Shown piece after piece: positions 50,560 to 64,000 of a DNA stretch of 64,000 nucleotides. The position numbers were made by a program, and so were the translations under genes. Source of the stretch: Antedon mediterranea. Lineage: Eukaryota; Animalia; Echinodermata. Numbering within the stretch: the stretch's first letter is position 1; every line of letters begins with the position of its first letter. A model generated the notes under the pieces. The model did no database searches and was not told the origin of the DNA. It saw only the letters and a list, made by a program, of their open reading frames with translations. The stretch lies in assembly GCF_964355755.1 (NCBI RefSeq), contig NC_092675.1, forward strand, positions 10,411,812 to 10,475,811, in the 5' to 3' direction.

Positions 50560-51410
50560 TACAGAACTTCTCTTTACAGATGACATAGCGATAAGTCTCA
50601 TAATGAGGGATACCTCCTGAATATCGTGAATCAATTGGAAAAATGTAGGTGCCTTTTTAGTCAGCAACAGAAAATCACAATCTTCCCTTTCCTTCAATCC
50701 AAATTGATGGCGTAACATCTGAAGTAAAAAAGCTTCAACTACCTTGAAAGCATAGGTTTAAATTACAACAGAGTTGATATAAAAGCACAACAAACCGAAT
50801 TCATTCATGCATTTTCATCCTACGAAAACTTGGGTCACATCTGGGATCCGACAGCCCACCGAAATTTGTTTACAAAGCAGTAGCATAATTATCCCTGCTT
50901 TATTATACTGAAACTAGTACATTATATCGTTATGAAGTTGTCAGCAGTAGTTCAATAAGACACTTGAGGAAAATCATGGTTATTACTGTGGCAGGATAAA
51001 ATTACAAATGTAGAAATACTTGAAAGAGCTGGTATACGTGCAGCATGGATGCGACCCCAACACGTTCACAATTGAGATGGGATGAACATGTGTTCAGGAT
51101 ACTAGACAGACATTGGTATGGCCAACGGCGACCTTGCTGAGGGTACCTGACATAGAACAAATGTCATATCAAAGCAACACATATCAATATTGTAACCTGG
51201 GAAGAACTATAGCCTCGAACGCCAGAATTGGAGCTAGCTATCAAGCAAGGAATAGAAAAAGACGCATAATATAGGCAATAAGTCCAACACTGGCAATTTG
51301 GATCATCTTTGTACACACAATGATCTTTCAGCAACATTTCCTCTGCATGTTTGGCGGAAACACACACAGATACCCACCTAGTCATCATCGGATACGATGG
51401 ACGGAAAAAG
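50560..51410 (+). mobile_element. RTE-like LINE 3' fragment
   Basis: RHLRKIM..WQDKITNVEILERAG..QLRW..HV.R, with a (GAA)n-like tail. Confidence 0.7.
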
Positions 51411-53019
51411 AAGAAGACTCCATTGTCCTAAACATGTTTGGTGTAGGACATAATAATGCATTTCATTGTCGTCTGAGGAATTCCAAAGTATGTTAATATC
51501 AGCTCCGACTACAGAACAGCTACAGTTAAATATTATTGCAATCTCCTGTTGCTCAATGTTTTTAATGTCTTTATTTGTGGTGGAAAGAATGTTTGGTGGT
51601 TGGTCAAGATGAACTGTTTTCTGGTGATGTAATTATAAACTGTAAGTAACTATGATTGCATCCTCCCTGTAGCTCCTCTTACATCCATTGAAAAGAAATT
51701 ACATCATAAAACAATTAAATATCAAATATCACATTAAATATCCAGCGGTAATAGGTTTTGTTTTACTCGTATAAAATTCGTTCTCGTGTAAGAATTTTGC
51801 CATTTTTAGAGAGGACGAGAATCTTAATTGATGGCATAATGATTATGAACTTTAACTGTACAATAATGGATGAATACTTTTTGAATTAGATACAATATAA
51901 TCAGAATTAATCAAAAAGAATCGATATCTAGTCGGAGAGAAATGGTTGATTACATGATTGAAGAACAACATGACATCAAAAGTACAAGTATCTCAGCTGA
52001 AATAAATTTCCATTATTTCATTTGTAGACCAACATTATTGATTTATTATGTATTGTGATTGTTTAATTTAACGTTTTAGCATACCATCTTTCAGTATAGA
52101 AGATGATCAAAATGAATAGAAATTTCTTTTTATTTTATGCTAAAATACAAAATTTGACAGTTTTGTTGTTCCTTACACGATCAGCTTCTGAAGAAGAATA
52201 ACAAGCTGTAATTAGACATACTAACCTCTAGAGGGGCAATTCTTTATAATTACAGCAAGGGGCATATAGGCCTATGTGACTCATTTGGTGTGCGCCTTCA
52301 TTTCGGTTTATAAAATTGTTGTCTAATTCTCGTATCCACACTATATTGAAAAGGCTGCATTCGTATTTTGCCACTCACCATAAAACATTATTATTACACT
52401 ATAGTTTAGGGTGGAACGAAACGCTATCATTGAATGAATGAATGAATGACTTATTACTCTTCGAAGAATGAAACTAAAATACGCTGTGTCCATAAAAGTC
52501 ATTTCATAGAAATTTCAGATTACCCATTAGATCATAAATAACCAGTATAAATGACAACAATATTGTACATAATGGCACATCAACTGGATTATGCTGTTTG
52601 GTTTCTAGCGGCAAGTTATTTATTAGATGAAACACTCATTTCCGTTATGATATATTCTTTTGAGACGTTTTTGAGAAATGATGTTAGATTTTAATTCATC
52701 TGTTATTATGTTTGAATATTTATATCAAAGCAAGTTTAATGACAATAATGATTAATGTATAGGCCTACAACAATATATTCTTTTATAAACAGGGCTTACC
52801 AAGATTAAACTAAAACATTTGGATTATTACGACATTATAGCCACGTGAGACAACGCCACGTATCAGCAAACGGGCGTCTGTGCTTATAAACAAAAGTAGT
52901 ATACAAATAAAGAATGTTATAAGTGCGATGGTAAAAATAATTTCATCTTTAAAGATGAAATTTTATTTTTACGAGGCGAAGGCGTGTGTTACATGGCTAT
53001 AAAAACAATCATTATTTGT

Positions 53020-53370
53020 TTTAGATGAGAGAAAAGAGAAAATAATAGAGAGGCATCCAAATTAGAAGAAAAGGAGAGAAGAGAAACATTAGAGACAAAA
53101 GAAAAAGAAAGTGAAGAAAAATAAAGAAGAAAGGAGAAAAGAGATGAATTAAAAAAAAAGGGGGGGGGGGGTGGAAGAAAAAGAAAGAAGAGAAACATTA
53201 GAGAGAGAGAGAGAGAGAGAGAGAAGAAAAAGAGATAAACAAGGAGAGAGAAGAAAATAGAAAAAGGGAGACAGAGAAAGTGTCAACAAAAGAGAAGAGA
53301 GGCATTTGAGAAGAAAAGGAAACAGGGCAAGAGAAGAAGAAGAGAAATTAAATGAAAGAGTGAAAGAAGC
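53020..53370. repeat. GA-rich low-complexity tract
   Basis: Polypurine stretch with (GA)n and G runs. Confidence 0.9.
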
Positions 53371-56300
53371 TGTGAACCCGGACTCTGTTCTAGTAATGCG
53401 AGGGTTAGAAATCTAATTAGAGGCAAGAGCAAGAATCGGGAAATGATAGGTCGTAGGGTGTTACCACTCCCCCCTGAGTCTTTGAAATTTAAAGAAATAA
53501 ATTATAGTTTATACACAGCACAAGTACTTTCTTGTATCTTGGTTTATAAATGTGGGTAGATTTCGGAGTAGCCTAATATAAGTTTTAGGATTAATGTTAT
53601 ATTGTTTTTAACGGGTATTTAAAAAGTGAATGTTAGTCAAGGGAGACTTTATCAAAGTTCGAACCACAGTTATAATTTACACTTTATTTCTGTAGACCAA
53701 CGGGTATATCTAATATAAATGGGACCACAAAAATGTAGGATAGGCTAATTTCTAATTGGCAACCAAAGGGAATTCAGAATGTTTTTAGTTGTTTACTAAG
53801 ATGCACACTTGCACACTTCATTGTTAAATTAGCCGTTCAATAGTTGTACAAACTTTTCAATCTACCCACCCAGCCATCCCCCGTCATCATCCAACACCTA
53901 ACTTCAACACAGGCGCTACTCATATGTTACTCATTTTATTCGCTCATTTGGCTGGTATAATTCTGGTGAATTATTTTTTCCCCAAATTCTACAATTTACC
54001 TAACGGATGTACCTTACATCCTTACCGATATACTTAATAACAACCATTTGATTTACTGGCTCCTGTGACAACACACTGGACCTTTAATACAGCGATGTCA
54101 TATAAGTGGTAGCCCCCAAGAGCCCAAAATGTAGTTTATTAGTTTAAGCTTTAGTAGTATTTAGCATTGCTTGTACGGTATCAGAGAAATAAATGTTATG
54201 TATTGTTAAATATGTATACTCTGAATAAACTGAGGAAGCTTAACTTATTTGTGTTGTGTGTAAACTAGTTTTTATTTATTGTTACGTATAATTAAATGAA
54301 TATAACATACATGCACTGTATTAAAACATTCATATAACAGTTGAGACGAACTTTAAAACATATGTTGCCTGAAAATATCGATTAAATAACGTTCATTTTG
54401 TATGATACGGTAGCTGGTAGTTAGTAACATATTGGTTAAATACAAAATTCATACCTCTGAGGGTATAGAAATCAAATATGTTGCCAAATCGTTACATCAC
54501 ATGATAGTAGGCTATGGTTATTTTTCAACAAATTAAAAATTCCAATACTTTCTACTTTTGAGTCACATTCCAAATTTAGCAGGATTTCCCATCTGCTAGC
54601 AAAAGGTATTCATATTACATCGATCATTCGTATGATTGGTTATTTCAAAGACACATGATAAAAGCAGTTTTCAAAATTGTAATCAGTTCAGGGACAGATG
54701 TACTGTATGTTGTATTCTATGGTGTTGTTAAGTTCACGGCATTTGCAACATAAGTCATTTACAACATACGGTATTGGCCTATGTATGATGGGTTTATACA
54801 TTGGTAGATGGACAGGTAAGATGATTTCTTTAATGATGAATTTAACTCAGTAAAAATGTTGCAGATATGTAGGCTAAAATTAGATTGAGAGACTTGTTAT
54901 CATCACTTCTATATTTAAATGTTGAGGTGCTGTTTGAATGCTATTAACAGCTGATCTCAAAGCGACATTTTGAATGAGTTGCGAAGATTTTAAAACAGAT
55001 AGGAAAAGATTCTATATTTTTGTGATGAATTGATGCAGATTATCCCGTTTAGGCTATGCTAGATTGGGAATTGTCATAAGCTCTACTAGCTAGCATATTG
55101 TGTGTCAGGTCCATCTAATGCATTATACAGTATAACCAAGCTATGATAAGCACATGATTAAAGCTCCCATACATACAGTCAGTTCAAGTAATGTATTTGT
55201 ACCATGAACAATTATTTTGTAGTTTTAATCAAGTTAATCAATTCCGTAGAAAAAACAAACAAAAAATAATGTTTTCATTTATAAAATTACAAAATAAATG
55301 GTTACATTCAAACTTTTCTTCAAAGTCTGTTTTGCTGCTGTTGATTTTTTCTCTTATAATTTCAGGAACAAAAAAAGCATCATCATCATGTTTATCAGAC
55401 AGGTAAGTCAAGACAAGTCGTCAATTAATTGATAAACGCAATGTCAGGAGATATTACAATAATCAATGTTATTTTGAAATTAAATTAAATTCAACTTTAT
55501 TTAACCACGGAGGCCAGATCAACACATGGTTGTTAGTCTCCGGGTCCGTCTACATACAAAAACAACAACAATGTTTTAACAATATTATGCAGTATATATG
55601 CCTACATAATATTTAAAATGTTTAATGAAGTTTATGTTTAAACGTTTGTTGGGTCGTAGACGAGTGAATATCCACTAAGGTTGGTCTATTCAAGGCTACG
55701 TTTTTTTTATATTCAGTTTCAGGTTGAATGTATTATTAGAAAATTATTTTATTATACATGTATAAGACGATTTACATTTCAGACAAAGTTTTCCAATTAA
55801 GTCAAGTTTCTGACTTCACTACTTAGGATATCCCATGATGCCCCACAAATTATTCTCCCTGTCCGATTTTGAATAACTGCACTTTTCTAGCTAACTTTAG
55901 TTAATCCACATTTCAGTTAGACCAAATAACATTACAATACTCAACGTGTATACTTCTAAATATCAATACATAAGTATATGATGTGATGATATTTATGTGT
56001 ACAATGTTCACAAAAATAACTGCAAATAATAGTTCTAGTAATGTTTACTGTTTTTATCATCAGTGTGAAACTTAAATTCAAAGGTTCAAGTTCAGTCTTA
56101 TGATTTATTTATCTGAATGTATCTGCAATGTAATATTATACAGTAATTTTATTATCCACACAATTCAATGCATTTTTGTTTGTGAATCAGTAAAGAAATA
56201 GAATAGGCTATTTTTAGAAAAAAAGATTGCATTAATATAATAAATGACCATGGGAAATGGGTATTGATTCACATTCAATATATAAAAAAAAAGAAGAAAT

Positions 56301-56689
56301 AAAGGGTTAAAATTATTTGTTTAAAATTAAAATTAAAGTATTTTGAAATGATACCATATGTTTTTTTAAGGTCTGTAAAAATATCAGCTACACAATAATT
56401 TTCCCGATGTAACAGGAATAGAAGTATCCAGCATTATGAACAGTATAATTCGAATTGCATTCTCATAGCTACAATTCAATTGCTGCGTCTCACATTTTAC
56501 ACACTTAATTGTTGGTCACTGTAATTTGATTTCATGTTTGTATAGAATGTAAACTGTTATACACACTCGTATATGGACACTAATGGTATCTGTAATTTAA
56601 GTCATAGAACCACCGAGACTACATTGGGCAGATTGTTATTTTGAATATCTCATGTTTTTATAGAAATTAAAGACATTATCTGATAATGT

Positions 56690-56982
56690 TACTGTGGACG
56701 TTAACAAGTCGAATAAAAGAATTAGAATATTTGTGTTTCCACAACGTCATTAAAAAACCCTTTGTATAAATGTTAATATAAATACGTTATTAATGCGTTA
56801 TATAAACGTTATTATAGACGTTTTAAATACGTCTAAAGTACGTTATTTTTAAACGTTATTGCGGACGTTAAAGTCTAAATAATTCACATTTTCGTGTTCC
56901 CGCAACGTTATTACAACATGTTTTCATAATCAAACAAATAACGTAATCATAACGTTACCAACACGTCTGATTGTTAGCTGGG
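56690..56982. mobile_element. MITE-like fragment rich in ACGTT motifs
   Basis: Repeated AACGTT/ACGTTA words ending TTGTTAGCTGGG. Confidence 0.4.
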
Positions 56983-57016
56983 AAGTTACTTAAAGGGCTA
57001 ACTTTCAATGATGTAT

Positions 57017-57120
57017 AGTGAGTGAGTGGAACATCGGCCAGGCTTCAAAGCTCCCTCACTCCATGATTCTGATGGTAGAACGAGTACTTCTCGGATAAGA
57101 ACTATAATCTGTAGGTTCAG
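57017..57120 (+). mobile_element. Partial SINE copy
   Basis: CTCACTCCATG.TTCTG.TGGTAGAACGAG..CTTCTCGGATAAG matches the copy at 23334. Confidence 0.7.
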
Positions 57121-57919
57121 TATAAAGAAATAATAAATACCTCGCATAACTCGCATTTATAATTCTAAAATAATTTATGCGAGAGTTGACGTTTTGCAGA
57201 GCATTCGACTGTTCTTTGCATCCAGATGTTTCACGTGAGAGGGTTAAACCACAGATACGTCTATTACACGATTCCACATCAAATGGGAACATAATGCATG
57301 GTAGAAGTTGTCTCTGTAGTTGAACAGCACACTTCACAAGTGAAAATCGTGATAAATTCCTTCAAAGATGAGTTATGGTTCCTCTTTCCAAATCTATAAG
57401 CCTTCTATTCTATAGACTCGCCTCTGACTGACTATGGCATAAGGTTAGTTACGTTGTTTAATAAGTTGAAATTAGAATAAAGGATGTGTTGAAATTGATC
57501 TTTCAACTACGTGTATTCTCAAGCAATAACAGCACTAATATGTATTATCAACCTGACAATACCCGTAATCAAATAGATCGCCTGCCTCTGTCCATCATTC
57601 TTTTTCATAACGTTTAGATTGCCGTACTTTTAGGCACAACTCCTTGTGTGGGGTGTCAATATGGTTTTGTTGAAAACTCCTTTCATGTTTACAGAAAAGA
57701 TCCAACAGGAGAATGGTCACCACTGTATCCATCGACATTAAAAGAACGTGTGCAGTGCCTGTCGTGTATAAGAGATTTGTATTTCTATTGACACAACCTC
57801 AAGACTACTTGAAATGTTTAATTGAGAAGACGGAATCCTCCTTTAACCCAATAAACAACCACTTCCTGATCATTCATGAACAAGTAGCTGTTATATTTTG
57901 TGTCATTCATGCTTTGTAT

Positions 57920-57975
57920 ATTACCTGATGCGTGTGGCCAGCTTTGCTGGTCATATGAAACAAATTTGTAGTAAT
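57920..57975 (+). ncRNA. Second, probably inactive hammerhead ribozyme (PLE pLTR)
   Basis: ATTAC CTGATGC GTGTGGCCAGC TTT GCTGGTCATAT GAAA CAAATTTG TA GTAAT; core A9 is changed to C. Confidence 0.75.
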
Positions 57976-58167
57976 AAAGCATTATGAAGTAACCAAGTTC
58001 ATATTTTTTAATTTATTGTATTACATTAAGTTCAACCCATGCTATTAAGCACTTTCTCCAGTTGATCTGGCTTTCTACTTTTCCTTCATCAGTGCAAGTG
58101 ATGGTACTTGGACAAAGATAGATAGATATAGTCAGGAAAACGCTGCCTGAGTGGACAGGAATAAGTT

Positions 58168-58580
58168 TCAATGTATTCCTTCTTGTAATTTCTATTCTAG
58201 AGATGTCCGGTTAGTTCTTCTGTACGAACGGTATGTTTTGGTACAGTGTCGGGGATGACAACTGCTAGGTAGTAGGTACATACTCAATATGAAAAGGTCA
58301 GTTTGAGTTTACCATTTTCTATGGTCACTATAGTGTCCAAAAAGTCAACGCTACTAATGGATTTAGCTATAAATTTGATAGTTGGGTGGGTTGAAATAAT
58401 ATTCAGATGAAATAAATCCGGATTATTTTCACCATGGGTCCAGATCATGAAGATGTCGACAATGTATCTAAACAAGTGGTTTATTAGGTTGGAGGGACAG
58501 AAAATTGGTATCAAATTGTCCATAAATAAATTTTCAAAAGATGGCGCCATTTCTGTGCCTATCGCTGTGCCATGAATTTG
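58168..58580 (-). mobile_element. Fragment of the same PLE family (RT)
   Basis: Highly similar to 45600-46082; MAPSFENLFM..FRYIVDIFMIWTHGE..VDFLDT. Confidence 0.88.
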
Positions 58581-61500
58581 GACAAAGGAAGAAGCTAAAT
58601 CAAAATTATAAAGTAAAACAGCCAGAAAATTAGCATGAATTTTGAATCAAGCAGAAGTTTCCGTGTTCGAATCTCGGTTGGGGCGATTTTTTTGTCATTC
58701 TGGTGTGATGACGTATGTTTAGGTTATGTATGTTTATGTGAGCATATTCTTATTTATTTTTTTTTTGTAATTCGCTTCAAAAGCATTTGTTAGTAATTAT
58801 AGCAACATACTTTTACCACCACGTTTATGAAGGGACGTGTACCACTGTCCACTACATGGAAAGAGTAACAAGTACAATTTAATTGACCTTAAATATTACT
58901 TAAGGACGACTAACCTAATTTGTCCTTTCGACTCTTCATTTACATACGGGTGAAACTTGGTGGTGGTGGACCATGTTTTAGCTATTCCTGCTTTTAATAC
59001 ATTGATCTAAATGGCTTGTACTATCAGGTTTTTAAAATGTTTTAGGCCTATTGTGAACATAACATCAGAAGTACGACTGGAAATAAATAAAGCATCATGA
59101 TTTACCTTAATATAGATTTTGTAACTGTGCCAATTATGATGAATCAACGCAGCGAGTTTTATTTTGCAAATAATGCTAGAAGACGCAAACTCTTTATACA
59201 ATTCTTGTATCGATTGTCAATATAAAATTAACGTTGACTATCCTTAGATCGACAAAGTAACAAGATACGCTCATAAAATCTATAGATATTGTATTAAATG
59301 CATCGTATTCAGATTTCAAATTGAGAGATAGCTTTTGACACTTACGAGATACACACTTACTGAACACATAAATCAGTTATTTTGTTTTATTTTATGTATA
59401 TTTGCACTCATAAACCGCATGTACAAAATAATTTAATCTGTGAAAGTTCTAACGGTTGTATAATGTTTCAATGAATGAGTAAGTCAGTGATGCAAAGATT
59501 GTGACTTAATTTTTCTTTGCCTTTTGGATAGTCGTATCATGTATGATTATGATATTGATGATGATGCTATGATGGTGATGCAAATGTAGGCTTATAATCA
59601 TAGCATAAGGTTTAGTTATGAACATAATATGTACTCAGATTATACGTTTGGATGATAGAAAGGCTGGGATGAATGGCTACTAAGTGGATTAAGAAGCGCA
59701 GCTGTAGAACTGACTACTGCCATGATTGATAGAGAAATTTGTGGCTAAATTGATGTACATACATGAGCCGGTTGAAGGTTGATCAATATTGTCTTTCAGA
59801 AGCTTTTGTTAAATATCCGACAAGAAAACCAAAACTTACTGTTAAAGTTTCAACAAAACGACGGAAATAGAAATAAAAAAACAAGTATAATCAACCAAAC
59901 TCTGCATAAACATGCACATTAAATGAAGAGAAACTGAAGGAGCTGCAGTGACGTCATCTCATTGAAGACGAATTTGTTAATAGTTACACTCGAGTGCTTT
60001 CTCAATTGATAGTAAAAAACTTCGTTACCGTACGTTTCCTGTCGCAGATGCACTTTTCTTACAAATGGATTTCAGCGCTAATAGACTTCTTTCAAATTAA
60101 TACTAAATGAATCATTGGTAACCTTACGAAATTAAAAGATCAATATAAAATATCCATTTGTGCAGTATACCTTGCACAGGTTTACAAGAGAGTAATGTAT
60201 TTGTGTTATATCAAGCAGAATGTTCTGTGTTCGAATCTCAGTTGGGCTACTTTTTCTCAATCTCACAGATCATCTTCATCGTTTATAATTAATTTAATCG
60301 GGGAGTTAAGACCATCAGTTAAGACTGTTTTATAGCAATCCACTCCAGATGTCTTAAGCATTAAACCATGATATTGTTCTGACTAGATTGGATATCGACG
60401 CTTAGCGTGGTACGACGGAACAGAAATAGTACTTAATTGTACGTACGCGCACGAGATCAGTGTATCGCCGGATGGTGATTTTTTTTCAATGCAGAAATTA
60501 TGAATTATTAATTATTTTTTAAATTATTTAATTACAAGATAGCATACCTGCTTCATAAATATTAACCTAACCGACCCTCTAATAATGCTTGGGAATCGAA
60601 TCCCACACATCGGCAAGCAAAATCCACGGAAAAGCGTTTGCATTAGCGAATTGCAGTTGGTTAATTCTTATGTCACACCTTATGTACAGGACGAATGAAT
60701 TATTCATGTTTATTTTGTGACGTTTCATGAGGAGTCCCCAACCCGAGTACGAAAAACAAAAATATCGACAGTTTAGTAGTAGGTAATGTACTTAAAGATG
60801 AGGTCGTATCAATTTGATTATTTGCCAAATAAATCACGAACTTTACCATATATAGGTTTATCCATGTTTATCTGATAATTCATTAATGTCACAGGCAAAT
60901 ATCAATACTCGAAATTTGTATAACAATATAACATTATTTATTTCTACATCGTATTTTGATAACATACATATATTCTAATCTGTAACTCGACCATAAAGCT
61001 GTCATGTAGATACTTACAATTATTTGAATGTTATCAAAACCACCGAGGTGTTTAGATGCATAATTTTACTATGTTCAAATATTGCAATGATATCGCATTT
61101 ACAGTTAGTCCCCAAGCAATCGGGCCCGCAACGATTGTAATTATTCTCTAAATTATAGAGTATCTCCCGTAATCTTATCTATGTAATCAGGCTCATTACA
61201 AGCATATTATTTAAATGTTGTGTAATTACTAAATGCTAATCATTATTTTATAGGTCAGTATCCGGAGGTTACGCACTATGATTATTACACCCATCGATAT
61301 CTACCTCTCTGATTGGTCAATTTAGAACCATTATGAAGGCATCGAATAAACTTGATATGATGATAGTCAAGCATAATGTGATGTATTATTAATATGTATA
61401 GTTTTTCTTGCAAGGAAAACCCATTGAATACATTTTAACATGGTATTTATGACAATAATATTTTTAATAACTCAATATGATAGAATACAATTTATAAAAT

Positions 61501-62660
61501 AATATTTCTTTATGTGCAGTAAGGAAGGTGTGTCGGTGTTTAAAACGAGAAGAACTAAACAAAAATAATATCACGAACATTTCCGATTAAAAAAAACCCA
61601 ATTGATCATGTATCCAGTATCGTGTCGTCTAACAGCAACCTTTATCTCACATGGGATACTAACGTCTCTTGAAACTATTTATTTAGGCCATTTGTCGTTA
61701 GCACACTGTTACTACGCTGTATGCTGAATTTATACACTAGAATTGGAACCGGACGATGGAAAACGACATTGAATTTGAAAAGAAATATTTTTTTTAAATA
61801 CTTGTATCAAAAAACCTGTACATTAAATTAAAGTATGTTTCAAAATTACAAATCAAAAATTATAACGCCTGCCTCTTGTACAAAAATGAAGTTTTTTGGA
61901 CATTAAGTAGAGAAAATGCTATTTCAGTTTACTTGTTACTTTAAGACTGCTCGCCGGCAAAATTGATTGGTCCTTGACCACATATCTATCTGTATTTTCA
62001 TTTTGGTAAAGATCTTGCAATAACTTGCATTACAAAAAAACTTTAGTTACGTGCGTCTCATGAACCTTATTTCTGAAAAATAGCGTCAATGAAAAACGTT
62101 AAGCGTATCGAAACATGGAAGAATCGTTAAATTTCTGCAAAATGATTAAAAAAAATAAATGGTACATTTAAAAAAAAGAAGAAAAAAATAATGTTTTCAC
62201 TCATGAAATGACAAAATTAACGGTTAAATTCGACCAAAACCCCATTGGCTGGGAGCCAATTTGACTGTTTTTTGCTATACTGCTATACTATCAAGCAAGT
62301 TTGACAAAGATATATGATAGTGATATGACTTTATCATATATGGGCACATCAAATTTTTAGTCGTGTGCAAACGCGACTCTACGGCTCACTATATCGGTCG
62401 GATGGTCGGCCGGTCTGTCGGTCGGAAATTATTTTTTCCCGATCAGATTATTATAATTATTATCAGACAAAAGTGAAGTTGTTTATCTATTTTGTAACAT
62501 TAATTTGGCATATTCTAAAACAATTTTTTTAAATATATTTTTAGGGGGATAATTATATCTTTAATGTTAACAATTCTTCTCATAACGTAAGTAGCCCCAA
62601 TGACTACTTAATAACATATTGATCCAGTACATTTTAATTTACAAAATAGAAAAAAAATAT

Positions 62661-62759
62661 TTAAAAACATATTTCAAAATAATATAACCAAGTATTTAAG
62701 ATAGGATTGTTAAATTAACAATCCTATCTTGGTTATATTATGTTTAAATATGTTTTTAA
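62661..62759. repeat. AT-rich palindrome
   Basis: AAGATAGGATTGTTAA-A-TTAACAATCCTATCTT core with matching outer arms. Confidence 0.75.
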
Positions 62760-62999
62760 TTTTTTTTTTTTTGCAATGCAGATCCAATAATAACCATTCT
62801 AATTGTGACTGATTTTAAATAACATCATTGTTGGTTATAATACAGGAAGATAGTTTGTCTAAATGCAAGTGAATCGTCTTATTTACATATCAATGGGAAC
62901 TAGCCGACAATGATTTGCTTATATTAAACCGATTTAGCCTGTGCGATACAAATTACGTGAGCAGACTCCCTTGCTGGTTCCTCATATTATTATTAACTA

Positions 63000-63903
63000 C
63001 GGTCGTGCCCACAATGATTCTCGAATACACAGAATTTCAGCGTAAAAAAAAAAATGGCGATTTAAAATGTACGTACCGCAGGATTGCTGTATAATACATT
63101 GTCGTTTACAGAAACGAATAAATAGACACGAAGATTTAGTCAACTAAAATTAGCACCCTGGGAATTACTTCCGAATAAGAAACTTGTTAGAAAATTAGTC
63201 CAAATTCTTAAACAACCCCATTTTTTGTTTTGTATGTAACATTAAGGGTGAGGGATGGGGAAGAGGAAGAGGAACAATTTTTAAATATTATATTCTTCTT
63301 TATCCACTCAGTAACGAAATATTTTTCATGTTTTAAAGGCCTATAAATAATATACCACTAAATACAGTAGAACATTTGTGATTTAATAATTTGTTAAAAC
63401 TGTCACAGTCATAGTCGATTAAAATAGTAAAGTACATGTAACGATACACCACTACGACGTTTATATTTGTTGTAATTATTAATTAATACAAACGTTGAAA
63501 AGCAACTGTCTGTAATAAAGTGTATTTGTATATTATGTGTTTATATATCTAACAGTACCCACACTTCAGTAAGAAATTTGCTCTTCAAATGGCGACCAAA
63601 AATACATATTTACAGTATTGTTAAAGTATTGCAATACTATATCTAAAGGTTTTAAGTTTATCTCCCAAGGGCCCATAAATTTACCTACTTGTGTTAAACC
63701 AAATAATTATACTGGGAGAGATTGGAATATTCCATTCATCGCAAATCAATGCATTTGTATATATATTAAATCTATCAAAGACTATTTTTTTTATTGAAAA
63801 TCTTCAATATTATGATGCTGTACTCGAGCGGTTCAACTATTAAAAACAATTATCATAGAAGGAGATTATTGTGCGCGGATATTTTTCAAGATGGACATCC
63901 AAT
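63000..63903 (-). mobile_element. Second copy of the 33850-35669 Helitron family with a single repeat unit
   Basis: Reverse complement follows about 34090-35633 (GGATGTCCATCTTGAAAAATA...GTGGGCACGACC). Confidence 0.8.
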
Positions 63904-63924
63904 ATCTGTGATTATACCATATAT

Positions 63925-63997
63925 GGCTCTGTAGTTTGAGTGGTATGATACTCGCCCTGTAAGCGAGAGGTCGCAGGTTCGAATCCCGCCAGAGACA
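63925..63997 (+). tRNA. tRNA-like sequence (pseudo-tRNA or SINE head), nominal anticodon TGT (Thr)
   Basis: GGCTCTG/CAGAGAC acceptor stem with one mismatch, anticodon arm CTCGC-CCTGTAA-GCGAG (C at position 33), T-loop GGTTCGAATCC; weak D arm; at the window edge. Confidence 0.5.
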
Positions 63998-64000
63998 TTT

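Overview
AT-rich, intron-containing eukaryotic DNA, apparently from an invertebrate metazoan (inferred from the repeat families; the taxon cannot be determined here). One protein-coding gene can be fully reconstructed by hand on the + strand: a two-RRM SR splicing factor of the SRSF11/SREK1/Srp54 family, with 9 coding exons from 3180 to 30097 (1611 nt, 536 aa) and a 16.7 kb intron after the RS exon. The rest is dense with mobile DNA: a decayed Neptune-type Penelope-like element (RT + GIY-YIG), a non-autonomous hAT element with perfect TIR/TSD, Helitron and Helentron-type elements, tRNA-derived SINEs, LINE fragments, MITEs and minisatellites. Three observations stand out. (1) The Penelope pseudo-LTR joins a minimal hammerhead ribozyme, a 12-nt leader, an ATG and a retained intron whose predicted splice is in frame with the ORF, and a second copy shows compensatory base changes. 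(2) TA-CWG-TA and TA-GGCC-TA words look over-represented and, in two clear cases, appear as insertions at a TA against repeat-derived ancestral copies, as expected for DNA-transposon excision footprints. (3) There is a candidate poison exon in the SR gene. All calls are by eye; no searches were run.
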